IMG/VR virus record: IMGVR_UViG_3300042446_001034
Coordinates: 1-56,802 of that record
Direction: 5' to 3' (one strand)
Length of the DNA: 56,802 bases
Source of the DNA: a virus
Taxonomy: Duplodnaviria > Caudoviricetes
The first letter of the stretch is position 1, and each line of letters begins with the position of its first letter. Shown here piece by piece: positions 38,901 to 47,570 of this stretch. A program made the position numbers and the translations under genes. Under the pieces are notes generated by a model that saw only the letters and a list, made by a program, of their open reading frames with translations, did no database searches and had not been told where the DNA came from.

Positions 38901-41483
38901 AGCATTGACACCATCCGCTATGGCGCCGTAGGTACCGTAGGAGCAGTTTCCGTTTGTGGCTCGTATGATACCGCCATCTTCGGCAAAATACCCAATATGA
39001 CAATAGTATGTGAATACTGAAACCAATTCTGCTCGACCATTGTTACGCACCCAAGCTCCAATTCCATCACTGAGAACTTGTGTAAAGTCATTTGATACTA
39101 TGGATCTATTTCCACCGTTGTGTAAAGCACCGTCAATCTTTTGCCCGACACATCCTGTGCCAATGGTTGTAACACCTTGAATGTAAGGTGATCGTGTAGT
39201 GATCCAAGTGGTAGAGTCTGCGGGGCCCCATCCTGGATCTAGTGACACATAGGCTCCGCCCACTGGCAGTTGATATAGATCAAACGCTACGGGAGGACTC
39301 AGCACAGAGTCCAATCCTTTCAAAGTACAATTACGTATTCCGGTAGCGTTTCTCACATAGAACATGTCTTCACTGGCAGTGCAGCCTAGTATTTGATTTC
39401 TATAGTATCTTGCTCTCAGCAATGATTTGTAATTGCCTGTGTAGATTATATCATATTTCCAAGCATCTACATATCCAAACATACTAGATCTCAATAAATC
39501 CTCATTAAAAACATATGAGGGATACGTGGCTTGCAAGAAGGCCACAGCTTCAGCAATGATAAAATTCTTATTGGCTTCTAGCTGCAACACAGTATTGGTA
39601 TATTCAGCGGACGTTATCGCTGTGTTAGTTCCTGTAACTATAGGATTTGACCCAGAACTGTTGATGTAAAAATTAATGTAAGAAATTATATTTGCAATCT
39701 TGCTTTGTATTGCTGTGGCAGCATCTTCGCTGGTAGGTATACCTAAAAACACTTGGCTAACAGAATTTCCCACAGATCTAGCTGCCACGTTGCCAGCTAC
39801 TACTGCTTGAATAATTCCAGAAATTCTAGTTAATGCAGCTATATGATATAGACGATCGGCAGCAAGAATAACAGAACCTTGAGCTATTACTGAAGTGCTT
39901 CTTAGTTCAGCTCCTAGCACCACTGTTCTAGGTGGCACAATGATTGGAGTTAATTCTACATATTCTCCTACTGCTACTTTAATAGTTGTATGTCCGCTGA
40001 ATCCATCATTGACCTGTTCGCAGGCAAATCTAATAGTTCTCCAAGGCAAAAATTGACTAGTGCCTCTCTCTGGATTCGTGTAGTCATCAACTCCATTAAT
40101 ATCCACAAATCTTACTCTTGTTAGATCGCCCCAATAGGCATAATCAACACTGCCTTCTTGATTTGCAATAACAATTTGGCTTTCTTCTCCTACTGGAACA
40201 CTGGTTGCTCCAAAAGTACTGCCGTCACCTACGTTTGTTCTTGAAGGACCAAATGTAAGTAGATCTCCGCGTTGCGACATTCCTACTTCTGAGCCTGCCT
40301 GCAATATTAGATCCCAATAAACAAATCCAGACCCATTATCTCCTGGAAAATTATCATCAGAAGCAACGTGTTCAAAATTAGCTTTATAGGTATTACCTAA
40401 AAATACTATTACATCATTAAGGCTGTATGATTGGCCTGCTGTCCAATTACCTCGCCATGACTGACTTGTATTAATTAATTCCCAATTGCTGGTGTCAAGA
40501 TAATCTAATGAACTGCCATCATTGCCTGTATCAGATACAGCTAGATATAGATTGCCGCCGCGGCGAACTACGTCTCCTACTTTGTAATCTACAGTTGCAT
40601 TCCATGTACCTGTGAAATTCACAGCCTTGGATATTATTTTCCAATTTGTAATATCTTCTGTTGGATTGCCAGTGGCATAGTTGTTGGCTAATGCTACGTA
40701 TAGATATCCGCCATGTCTAACAATATCACCAATTGCATAGTAGACAGTGTTATCCCATGTCTGATAAAATTGTTGTCCAGGAAATTCTGTAACAAAATTC
40801 TCATTGGTAATGTTTGCCAATGCAACATGACCTGTTACACAGCGTAAAATGCTGCCACCGTATTTTACAAGATCGTTGAGTCTGTATCTTGTAGTAGCAG
40901 TCCATGTTCCTTTGTATTCAATACCTTCGTAGTATACTTGCCATAATTCACCTACACTGTCGTCTTGGGTATCGTTGTTTCCTATTTCTAAACCCAAGGC
41001 GGTGGTAGATGAAGTGTGTCCCACAATACATCTGTATACAATACCGTTGTATCTAACAAGATCACCAATACCGTATCTTGTAGCAGGAGTCCATTCTTGC
41101 TGCCATTTGTCTGCTGATAGATACACAGCCCAATTGTCTAGACTGGCATCAAATGTTGACTGAGATGTATGACTGGTTACGCATAGATATATTACGCCAC
41201 CGTATAGTGCAATATCACCAGGATTATATAAAGTTGAAGAGGTCCATGCAGCTTTCCACTCATACCCGTCGGTCATTTTCAACCAGGCTGGAGTTGGCTG
41301 TGTGTCATTTTGGTTAGCAATATAGGTTTGGTCGGCTTCAAAAGTTGATGCAGTATGTTGTCGTAGGCATATCCAAGTACTGCCTCCGTATCTTACTACG
41401 TCATCTTTATTATAGGTGGTTGAATCGGGTGCCCATTCGTCCTTCCATGTATATCTAATTCTACTGATTCTAAATTCTGCCAT
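35955..41483 (-). CDS. Giant virion structural / fibre protein (1842 aa), paralog of the 2509 aa protein
   Basis: Same architecture; shares GQKIDGALHNGGN.SIVSNDFTQV.SDGIGAW and TGHDFLD.GTGNF.ETNYP. Confidence 0.8.
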   Translation of the reverse strand: MAEFRISRIRYTWKDEWAPDSTTYNKDDVVRYGGSTWICLRQHTASTFEADQTYIANQNDTQPTPAWLKMTDGYEWKAAWTSSTLYNPGDIALYGGVIYLCVTSHTSQSTFDASLDNWAVYLSADKWQQEWTPATRYGIGDLVRYNGIVYRCIVGHTSSTTALGLEIGNNDTQDDSVGELWQVYYEGIEYKGTWTATTRYRLNDLVKYGGSILRCVTGHVALANITNENFVTEFPGQQFYQTWDNTVYYAIGDIVRHGGYLYVALANNYATGNPTEDITNWKIISKAVNFTGTWNATVDYKVGDVVRRGGNLYLAVSDTGNDGSSLDYLDTSNWELINTSQSWRGNWTAGQSYSLNDVIVFLGNTYKANFEHVASDDNFPGDNGSGFVYWDLILQAGSEVGMSQRGDLLTFGPSRTNVGDGSTFGATSVPVGEESQIVIANQEGSVDYAYWGDLTRVRFVDINGVDDYTNPERGTSQFLPWRTIRFACEQVNDGFSGHTTIKVAVGEYVELTPIIVPPRTVVLGAELRSTSVIAQGSVILAADRLYHIAALTRISGIIQAVVAGNVAARSVGNSVSQVFLGIPTSEDAATAIQSKIANIISYINFYINSSGSNPIVTGTNTAITSAEYTNTVLQLEANKNFIIAEAVAFLQATYPSYVFNEDLLRSSMFGYVDAWKYDIIYTGNYKSLLRARYYRNQILGCTASEDMFYVRNATGIRNCTLKGLDSVLSPPVAFDLYQLPVGGAYVSLDPGWGPADSTTWITTRSPYIQGVTTIGTGCVGQKIDGALHNGGNRSIVSNDFTQVLSDGIGAWVRNNGRAELVSVFTYYCHIGYFAEDGGIIRATNGNCSYGTYGAIADGVNASETPVIARNYTRAQQAIVAAAFAGDFVDEIQILEWANMGQDYTSANATFAGAGVNASVIFEEFRDDAVFEARRLDANAGTVQIAQEIGGSGYVVVQNNAQGGDALTITIATNDANSITQYLGMRIIITSGAGTGQYGYITAYDNVTKVVTVYRESDDQPGWDHVVPGKPPTVPLLTNTTYRIEPRVIFSEPVYSATEITTPTITTWSEIVFGDTTETYTDVPVNESGTGTTIDVVAALATFNIVKQGRNYTLTINNGGAGYEVGQLLTIDGDLIGGATPINDLLILVTDVSDDSTNSILAAQQKTYGTGEDNLAASGRFVVVSTAGSAAMYSANGSDWTTFNMPTSGDWKCLAAGRVTYPSLGNHMFVAIRQGSAAAASSTDGINWIARSMPVSLQWNSCIYGGGLFIAVATNSNTAAYSLNGTTWSSLALPSFGDSTLNQWVDIAYGRQTYVVLANSGNTVATGTYNATLNTWSWAGHIMDVVADSSAKDWVSIAYGNGRFVAISSTGDVAYSFDGLDWLPAVMPSQDGSTAHNWKKIKYAQGVFFAVGDTGSRLVGGDISVGATNFAATSFDGVVWTTRTLASIVNWQSVAFGTPYVDARDSTVGDNTPTWIAIDTTNKFNKIQTGARALGRVTITSGVISSVKLWDPGSGYTEGPTCTFVDPNNNRDARIECRTGDRVLAQPTWLNRGLGYRTISTRVTISGDGYADVIPSGKFIVINDLAIYPKVGSNLTIGSLPGDYTLVTIEELGLTDRGLAARIRISPEIKVRDNLQHLTEIAIRTKFAQCRITGHDFLDVGTGNFEETNYPELYSGFYDPQPFNEIVEENRGRVFYTSTDQSGNFRAGELFAVEQATGTVTISSDFFDLSGLTELRLGGIRIGGTGAVVREFSTDPLFIADSNNIVPTQRAIAAYLANRLSVGGSEIAVGSFIAGTILVGPDRINNTAGLTIIIPLRAEFDMANSGVSGSMLAQTMFYRSFKQ

Positions 41484-41496
41484 GATTTATTCCGTG

Positions 41497-41862
41497 TTAA
41501 CTTGAATGACCTGTAGGATAAGTGTATCCCTGATTTATTCTTTGTGTTAATCTTCCCTGATTATCAACATAGTACAACATATTCCTGTTGTCCCAACGAT
41601 ATTGTGTCCATACTAAATTGTCATATTCTACTTCGTGATCTTGTGCGATGCCATCAAAATAGTCTATACCTGGTTCGAAGTCTTCAAAATTTTCTTCAGG
41701 TGATCCGGGTAAATTTAATTCAATACTATCTTTGTCTTTGAGTTGATCACTCCTATACAAAAATAGTTCGCCATCAGAGTTTCTACGCAGAGCATACCAA
41801 TAGCGAGGACTATCTCCTAGTGCCTCATCTGGGCTTTGACCTAAATAATAATTACTTGGCAT
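41497..41862 (-). CDS. Hypothetical structural-operon protein
   Basis: 121 aa ORF; AAGGA SD. Confidence 0.65.
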   Translation of the reverse strand: MPSNYYLGQSPDEALGDSPRYWYALRRNSDGELFLYRSDQLKDKDSIELNLPGSPEENFEDFEPGIDYFDGIAQDHEVEYDNLVWTQYRWDNRNMLYYVDNQGRLTQRINQGYTYPTGHSS

Positions 41863-41871
41863 GATTTTTCC

Positions 41872-42204
41872 TTAAGAGATTTCTACATAACTAATGACAG
41901 AATCTATGCTGTCTTCGGTGTCGCTGACTATTCTTATGCCTGCAGTTTCTGGCAATATCAGTTTTTCACCTTGGGTGATAATCTTAGCTGTGCTGTTGGG
42001 AGATATTGATAAGCCACGCACATAATGTGCCTGAGTAGAGTTTTCATCTATAACATATATGTTAACTACCACTGTGTCATAGTCTGTGACATTGGCGATA
42101 TTCATGCCAATAACTGTGGCTCGCACCCCCGGTGGTATCTGTAATACATCAACAGGAGTAGTTCCTATATCAGTATTAACAGAATGTCTAAATAAGGTTG
42201 GCAT
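41872..42204 (-). CDS. Small beta-rich virion adaptor protein
   Basis: ATVIGMNIAN, GEKLIL and SVISYVEI motifs. Confidence 0.65.
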   Translation of the reverse strand: MPTLFRHSVNTDIGTTPVDVLQIPPGVRATVIGMNIANVTDYDTVVVNIYVIDENSTQAHYVRGLSISPNSTAKIITQGEKLILPETAGIRIVSDTEDSIDSVISYVEIS

Positions 42205-42207
42205 ATT

Positions 42208-43260
42208 TTATCCTAGTGTGAGTGCTATCTGCACTGCAATATCGTTGGCTTGGGTAATACTCACAGCTCCTGATGATCCAGCTGGTGATGCCCACGCGGC
42301 ACCGTCCCATATTTCTAATGCTTTAGCATTGGTGTTAAATCTAGTCATTCCCAAAACTGCATAAGCTGTAGGTCGTTCACCGTCATCTCCCCTAGGAGGA
42401 ACAAATCCATTGGTGCCCTGTATCTTAAAATATCCTGTGCCAGACTGTGCTATTTGTGTAATTGCATTTGTAGACACGTTTGTGATAACGTTGTCAACAA
42501 TTCTAAAATTACCTAATCGAACACCACCTGCACCATTACCATCAATGTATAGATCTTGTCCAGTTGTAGTGGTAATTTCATTGTCACGGAACATCAAGTT
42601 TCCAACGTCTAGAGCTGGAACATTTATAGCATCGGTATAAAAATCATTAACATAGATAGCCCTCCAGCGAAATGTGGGAGATCCTAGATCATAAAGATTA
42701 TCAGTTTGTGGCACAAGGTCACTTTTGATACTGGCATTGATTACAATGTTATCTGTGAGTGCATCACCAATGGTTATATTACCACCAATAACTATGTTTC
42801 CAGTGGCATTGACATCGCCGGTGACCGCAAGATTACCTGTGATGTTGGTATTGGCTATGATGTTAACTGTGCCAGAGCCGTTGGGATTTATTTCTATTGC
42901 GCTGTCGCTGACAGTGGTTGATATGATGTTGCCCTGCAGTTGCAGATCATCTATCTGCAGTCTTGCGTGATAAACAGTGGCTTCACCTACAGCCGCTGCA
43001 AAATTTATGGTGTTGGAATCACTGGTTATGGTATTACCAGTAAAGTGTAGATTTCCGATGTTTAATTGATTGTCTACTGTGACATTCGTAGAACGGGTGT
43101 GTCCGTTGACATCAAGGTCAACAGTTGGAGTTGCTGTGCGTATCCCGATTCGAGAGTTCACAACATCTAGATAGAGTAGGTCTGTCTCGAATGCCAAATT
43201 TTCGCCTGCGCGAAGAAGATTTGACTTCAAGAGCTGACCGGAAATGCGACCGATAGCCAT
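42208..43260 (-). CDS. Tail fibre-like structural protein
   Basis: RIGIRTATPTVDLDVNG, YDLGSPTFRW and P.G....RP...GMTRFNT...LEIWDG..W motifs. Confidence 0.72.
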   Translation of the reverse strand: MAIGRISGQLLKSNLLRAGENLAFETDLLYLDVVNSRIGIRTATPTVDLDVNGHTRSTNVTVDNQLNIGNLHFTGNTITSDSNTINFAAAVGEATVYHARLQIDDLQLQGNIISTTVSDSAIEINPNGSGTVNIIANTNITGNLAVTGDVNATGNIVIGGNITIGDALTDNIVINASIKSDLVPQTDNLYDLGSPTFRWRAIYVNDFYTDAINVPALDVGNLMFRDNEITTTTGQDLYIDGNGAGGVRLGNFRIVDNVITNVSTNAITQIAQSGTGYFKIQGTNGFVPPRGDDGERPTAYAVLGMTRFNTNAKALEIWDGAAWASPAGSSGAVSITQANDIAVQIALTLG

Positions 43261-43267
43261 TAGCTCT

Positions 43268-43366
43268 CCAATTTACCCGGTGTTACACCGTTAACCAGAT
43301 TCTCAGCTCACGCTCTTTGCCGGTTTACCGCAGTCGAATCCTGCAAAAATGGTCGTTTCTGCAATT
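43268..43366 (-). ncRNA. Candidate structured cis-regulatory 5' leader RNA
   Basis: Five stems and a possible pseudoknot between TAAATA (43372-43377) and the GGAG SD. Confidence 0.45.
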
Positions 43367-43391
43367 AAAAGTATTTATCAATTTTGAAAAA

Positions 43392-44567
43392 TTACCCCAA
43401 CATCAGGGTATAGACATGGCCGAGATCTTCCATGATTGGCACATCAACTTCAATACCGCCACCTGTGCTCACTGACCACACCGTGCCGTCGTAGCATTCT
43501 AGATATCCTTCATCGGTGTTCCAGCGAGTTTCACCTACTTCTGGACTGACTCTTCTTTGAGAATTATCTCCTGAGGGAATCACAAACCCATTAGTATCCA
43601 TGAATCTCAAATACCCAATGCCTGCTGTGCTAGAAAAAGTCAAGGGTGTATTTAAAAGGTTGGTTATGTCATTGTTCTGCCACTGTATAGATTCTATACG
43701 TGTGATGCCTGTGAACGGTAGTAATCGCACATCGTCATTGCTCTGCGTGGCTGATATTTTATTAATAGTTCCGTCTAATCTAAGTTGTTCACTGACTATC
43801 ACTGACTGCGATCTTAATCCACTGCCAGGCCATGCTCCAGTCGTTATATTAGTCCAGTCCGGTGCGTGTATTTGGCTCCAACGTCTTACACTGCTGTCAC
43901 CTGCGTCTGCTCCCATGGCATAGATCAAGTCATCTCCGGGAATGATACTTTGTGTGAAATCAGTGTTTATGATCACAGTGTCAAATGTTTGATTATCACC
44001 AAAGGTCAGGGTGCCTTGACTTGAAAGATTGCCGCTGATACCGATATTGCCGCTGACTGCAAGATTTCCTGTGATATTGGTATTGGCTATTAACTCCACT
44101 GTTCCTGAGCCGTTAGGGTCTAGGACTATGTTACTGTTAGATACACTGGATATAAGATTGCCATCTAGGATAAGATTGTCTGTGCCAAGTCTATCATGAA
44201 ATATTTCACCACCACCGTTGATATAAACATCAATACCACCCACGCTGGTAGAAATAGTGTTGGGTGCATTAAAACGCAAGTTGCCCGGAGCAAGTTGTGT
44301 AACCACTGTGAAATCATTGGTGTAGATGTTGTTGTTAACATCAAAATCGTAGATAGGCACATCGGTATTAATACCTATAGCAGTAAACGGTGTAGATGTG
44401 CTACCAGCTTTTCCAAAATTAGGATCAGAATCTTCGTTTAGGGAAACTCCTGTTGTTACAGGTGATACTTTAAGGTATAATAGATCAGTTTCAAACGCAA
44501 GGTCAACACCGGCACGTAACAGGTTGTCTGTTAATACTTGACCACCTATGCGCCCCAATTGACTCAT
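43392..44567 (-). CDS. Tail fibre-like structural protein, paralog of 42208..43260
   Basis: Shared GRI.GQ.L..NLLRAG..LAFETDLLYL N-terminus and similar C-terminus. Confidence 0.72.
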   Translation of the reverse strand: MSQLGRIGGQVLTDNLLRAGVDLAFETDLLYLKVSPVTTGVSLNEDSDPNFGKAGSTSTPFTAIGINTDVPIYDFDVNNNIYTNDFTVVTQLAPGNLRFNAPNTISTSVGGIDVYINGGGEIFHDRLGTDNLILDGNLISSVSNSNIVLDPNGSGTVELIANTNITGNLAVSGNIGISGNLSSQGTLTFGDNQTFDTVIINTDFTQSIIPGDDLIYAMGADAGDSSVRRWSQIHAPDWTNITTGAWPGSGLRSQSVIVSEQLRLDGTINKISATQSNDDVRLLPFTGITRIESIQWQNNDITNLLNTPLTFSSTAGIGYLRFMDTNGFVIPSGDNSQRRVSPEVGETRWNTDEGYLECYDGTVWSVSTGGGIEVDVPIMEDLGHVYTLMLG

Positions 44568-44569
44568 GC

Positions 44570-45295
44570 TTAGTTGGCGTATCCGTAGTATACAGTTACG
44601 TAGACTGGATTGCCGCCTCCTCCTGTGTTTGGTATTGCTGATGTAAATCCGAGATAATATCCAGCAACTCGCACTTTACCTGTGCCTGTGGGGGTTCCGC
44701 CAGATTTGGTGAATACTGTACCTACTGTGTTTGCTGCGGCACCAAATGATGTAAATGTTGTAGATCCCACTGAAGTAATTATATAACTAGTACCGTTATT
44801 ACCACTGTTCAATGCTGTAGCATTAATTTCTGCACCTGTTCCTGTGCTTGTGGGATTTTGATTTATTGTAAAGTTGGTAGAAGAAATCTGCATGACGTTT
44901 TCTACCAACACTATTACATTGTCTGCACTGGCAGCGTATGATGGCGCAAAAATGCTGTTCAACGGTCCAAAAATAGTAGAAACACCGTCTCCTGGACCTA
45001 GTGTTTGTTTAGTAATAGCAGCAGCAAATGGACTAGCCACTATGACCCAGGCACCACCTACATAAGCTTCTAGTGCTGGAATCGTTGTGTTGTAACGAAT
45101 AGTGCCGTTGGCATCTGTAGGTTGACGCACACTACTTAGTTGCGGGCGTTGTGCCGTTGTGCCTTTAGGTAACATCATGCCTCCATTAGCATTGACCACT
45201 ACTCTGTTACCAGGCCCGTTGCCGGCAGGATAATAAATCAACGCACGATCGTTGATGCTAAACTGCGAAATATTTTTGGTCTTTAAGAATTTCAT
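44570..45295 (-). CDS. Tail fibre-like structural protein
   Basis: LPKGTTAQRP..GTIRYNT...LEAY motif; likely start MKFLK overlapping the upstream stop. Confidence 0.68.
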   Translation of the reverse strand: MKFLKTKNISQFSINDRALIYYPAGNGPGNRVVVNANGGMMLPKGTTAQRPQLSSVRQPTDANGTIRYNTTIPALEAYVGGAWVIVASPFAAAITKQTLGPGDGVSTIFGPLNSIFAPSYAASADNVIVLVENVMQISSTNFTINQNPTSTGTGAEINATALNSGNNGTSYIITSVGSTTFTSFGAAANTVGTVFTKSGGTPTGTGKVRVAGYYLGFTSAIPNTGGGGNPVYVTVYYGYAN

Positions 45296-45693
45296 ACAGC
45301 TAATACACTCACGGTTACAGATAGTCTTGCAGCCGCTGAGGTGCCGATCCATATTTGATCACCGCTGGCCAACACTATACGTTCTTCAGAAAAGAACACA
45401 GTCTCGCCAGCTGGCACAACAAGATTGCTGACTACGAGATTTCCAGCTGCATAACTTAGTCCGCTTCGAACTACATGAATATTTACTGTGACGTTGTTAG
45501 TAGTTTCGTCTGCAGGATCGGGCGCTGCTGTGTTGCACAATGCTATAGTAGTAACTGCATTTTCTCTACCAATTACTCCTCCTGCGATAGGGCCGCCTGT
45601 GGTTGAGCTGGTAAACACTTTGACTGGTATTGTAACGTTGGTGGAATCTATCAGTGATAGTGTACCTTCTGGATTTTCATAGTTTCTTATCAT
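45292..45693 (-). CDS. Small beta-rich virion adaptor protein
   Basis: VTTIALCN, VPAGETV and ERIVLASGD motifs. Confidence 0.65.
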   Translation of the reverse strand: MIRNYENPEGTLSLIDSTNVTIPVKVFTSSTTGGPIAGGVIGRENAVTTIALCNTAAPDPADETTNNVTVNIHVVRSGLSYAAGNLVVSNLVVPAGETVFFSEERIVLASGDQIWIGTSAAARLSVTVSVLAV

Positions 45694-45702
45694 ATGTGTC
45701 TC

Positions 45703-46755
45703 TTAAAATAGCATGCTGAATACCAGTGCTTTGTTTTTACTTATTAACTCACCGTTTTGTTTTGCAGTTTCTGCGCTGTCGTTGACAAAATATACTCCTG
45801 TAGTGCCTGTGCCAGGCACAGCTGCATACAACAACACGTTGTCGGACACATAACTAGGAACAGTGTTAATTTTCTCAAACTGCATGGCATAGTTGGTTTG
45901 AAGTTTGCCTGTGCCTTGTGTCCGAACATAGATGTTTTCATTGGTTATACCGGCACGACTTGAAATTTCATTGCGATCCAAGCCGCCACCGATTTCTAAA
46001 TCTCCAACTTCAAATCTATTTGTATAAAACTGTCCGACTAGAGCACCGTCTACTATTATCGAAACTGCACTTTCACCGAAGGTATTATAACTAGTGGTAG
46101 CTGTAAAATAGGCCAGCGATCCAGCTGTGCCTGCGATATCAGGAGAGATATTTTTGTCAGCAATAATAACTCTAGTATCTTGAAGTTGAGGAGCAACAAT
46201 TTGAAAAGTAGGATTGTTAAGAATTGAATCATCAACATATTTTTTATTAGGAAGATCGTCGTCATGTGTGACTTGATCTTCATAATTTATAGTACCTATA
46301 ACTTTAGCTACTCCGGTGCCTGTGCCTATCAGTGTGAGGTCACCTGAATCAGTAGTGCTGTTTGTTAGTATCTGTTTGAGTCTTAGACTACTGGCATCAA
46401 AGTTAAACGGTCCTGGCGCAGAACCATGTGCTAGTATCCATGAGTCAGTGCTTTCGTCGTAGAGGAAGCTGGCATTGTTCTGTGGGGTCACTGAGGTAGT
46501 GTTACCACGTTCGATTTCAATACCTGAATATATCAAAGATACGCCTGGTCCAACTTCTCCAGTGTTCAAAGATATAATGTTATCTTCAATGGTTAAATTA
46601 GTGGTGCTGATATTAAACGTATCACCTTCGACTACTAGATTACCAGTAACTCTTACCGAACCACCACTCACAGCAGGGCCAGTGTCAAGTGTTATCTTGG
46701 CACCATCGCCTGCTCGAATGTTGTAGTCACCGTTGACTCTGAGAAACTGTCCCAT
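45703..46755 (-). CDS. Tail fibre / baseplate-associated structural protein
   Basis: VTGNLVVEG..TTNLTIEDNIISLN..SGIEIERG; C-terminal ELISKNKALVFSMLF. Confidence 0.68.
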   Translation of the reverse strand: MGQFLRVNGDYNIRAGDGAKITLDTGPAVSGGSVRVTGNLVVEGDTFNISTTNLTIEDNIISLNTGEVGPGVSLIYSGIEIERGNTTSVTPQNNASFLYDESTDSWILAHGSAPGPFNFDASSLRLKQILTNSTTDSGDLTLIGTGTGVAKVIGTINYEDQVTHDDDLPNKKYVDDSILNNPTFQIVAPQLQDTRVIIADKNISPDIAGTAGSLAYFTATTSYNTFGESAVSIIVDGALVGQFYTNRFEVGDLEIGGGLDRNEISSRAGITNENIYVRTQGTGKLQTNYAMQFEKINTVPSYVSDNVLLYAAVPGTGTTGVYFVNDSAETAKQNGELISKNKALVFSMLF

Positions 46756-46768
46756 TTACAATCCTAGA

Positions 46769-47161
46769 TTATAGTGCAACTAATAAGATATCGTCAGATC
46801 CAGAATCGTCTGCCATATACCATTTATAGCGAACACCGCTAAAATCAGTAGCAATACGCTTGGTTAACTTTCTAATTCTACGACCGTTGGTAGCTTGATT
46901 ATTATCAGCAGCTACACGACCTGTCATTAACATTTCGCCTGTTGATAGTTTGTCGCTGTCTTTGTCGGCCAATCTACATAGTCCTGTTGCACTGTCTGAT
47001 ACATCAAATACAGTATAGGCTCTTGTACCTTTTTGTTTAAGAATATACACATCATCTCTGATTGTACCGCCGATATTAGCAACGACTCTAATACCTGTAT
47101 TGCTTGCATATGTGCCAAAAACTTCAACACCGTTTACATCTCTTTTTACTGGACGTCCCAT
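46769..47161 (-). CDS. Hypothetical virion protein, possibly head decoration
   Basis: MGRPVK..YILKQKG; strong TAAGGAG SD and late promoter. Confidence 0.65.
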   Translation of the reverse strand: MGRPVKRDVNGVEVFGTYASNTGIRVVANIGGTIRDDVYILKQKGTRAYTVFDVSDSATGLCRLADKDSDKLSTGEMLMTGRVAADNNQATNGRRIRKLTKRIATDFSGVRYKWYMADDSGSDDILLVAL

Positions 47162-47179
47162 TTGATTCTCCTTATGTTT

Positions 47180-47224
47180 GACGTTCTAGGTCTACGCGGC
47201 GGGTACCGCATAATAAATTCTAGA
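47180..47224 (-). promoter_or_regulatory. Candidate structured 5' leader (hairpin plus possible pseudoknot)
   Basis: UAUGCGG/CCGCGUA stem, GAC/GUC mini-stem, UCUAG/CUAGA complementarity. Confidence 0.35.
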
Positions 47225-47232
47225 TACTTTAT

Positions 47233-47502
47233 TTATCCGCGGCTTAGTAGACTCATCAGTTCCATTTTTTCTACAGTGTTTAATATTGTATTGATGGCAT
47301 CAATTTCTTGTTGTGCTTTTTCTAAATATCCGCGATGTTTGGTTTGCCTATACAAGACCATTATTTTACTGTGCGCAGTAATGTGTTGATTTATTATTTT
47401 TTCAATGCGTTGCACATCATGTGTAAACATAGGAAAGCGATGTCGCCATGCCGTAAACTGTTCACGTAGTTGTTTGAAGTCTTGTTCCGATTCCACTTTC
47501 AT
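47233..47502 (-). CDS. Hypothetical protein
   Basis: ATG at 47502 lies 5 nt after TAAATA; the track start 47523 falls inside the terminator. Confidence 0.6.
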   Translation of the reverse strand: MKVESEQDFKQLREQFTAWRHRFPMFTHDVQRIEKIINQHITAHSKIMVLYRQTKHRGYLEKAQQEIDAINTILNTVEKMELMSLLSRG

Positions 47503-47521
47503 CCCAATATTTAAGTCAAAC

Positions 47522-47545
47522 AAAAAGCACCCGAAGGTGCTTTTT
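47522..47545 (-). terminator. Rho-independent terminator of the capsid operon (cUUCGg tetraloop, bidirectional)
   Basis: Minus strand reads AAAAAGCACC-TTCG-GGTGCTTTTT. Confidence 0.9.
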
Positions 47546-47570
47546 GAAGTTGCGTTATACGTGTTACAGA

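Noticed and set aside
43268-43366. Assignment as a hammerhead ribozyme or c-di-GMP riboswitch
   Set aside because: Core consensus elements (CUGAnGA/GAAA; GEMM motif) not matched; kept only as an unassigned structured RNA
25685-46755. Diversity-generating retroelement or invertible fibre cassette
   Set aside because: No reverse transcriptase, recombinase, adenine-specific TR/VR pair or flanking inverted repeats found; paralog similarity is at protein level
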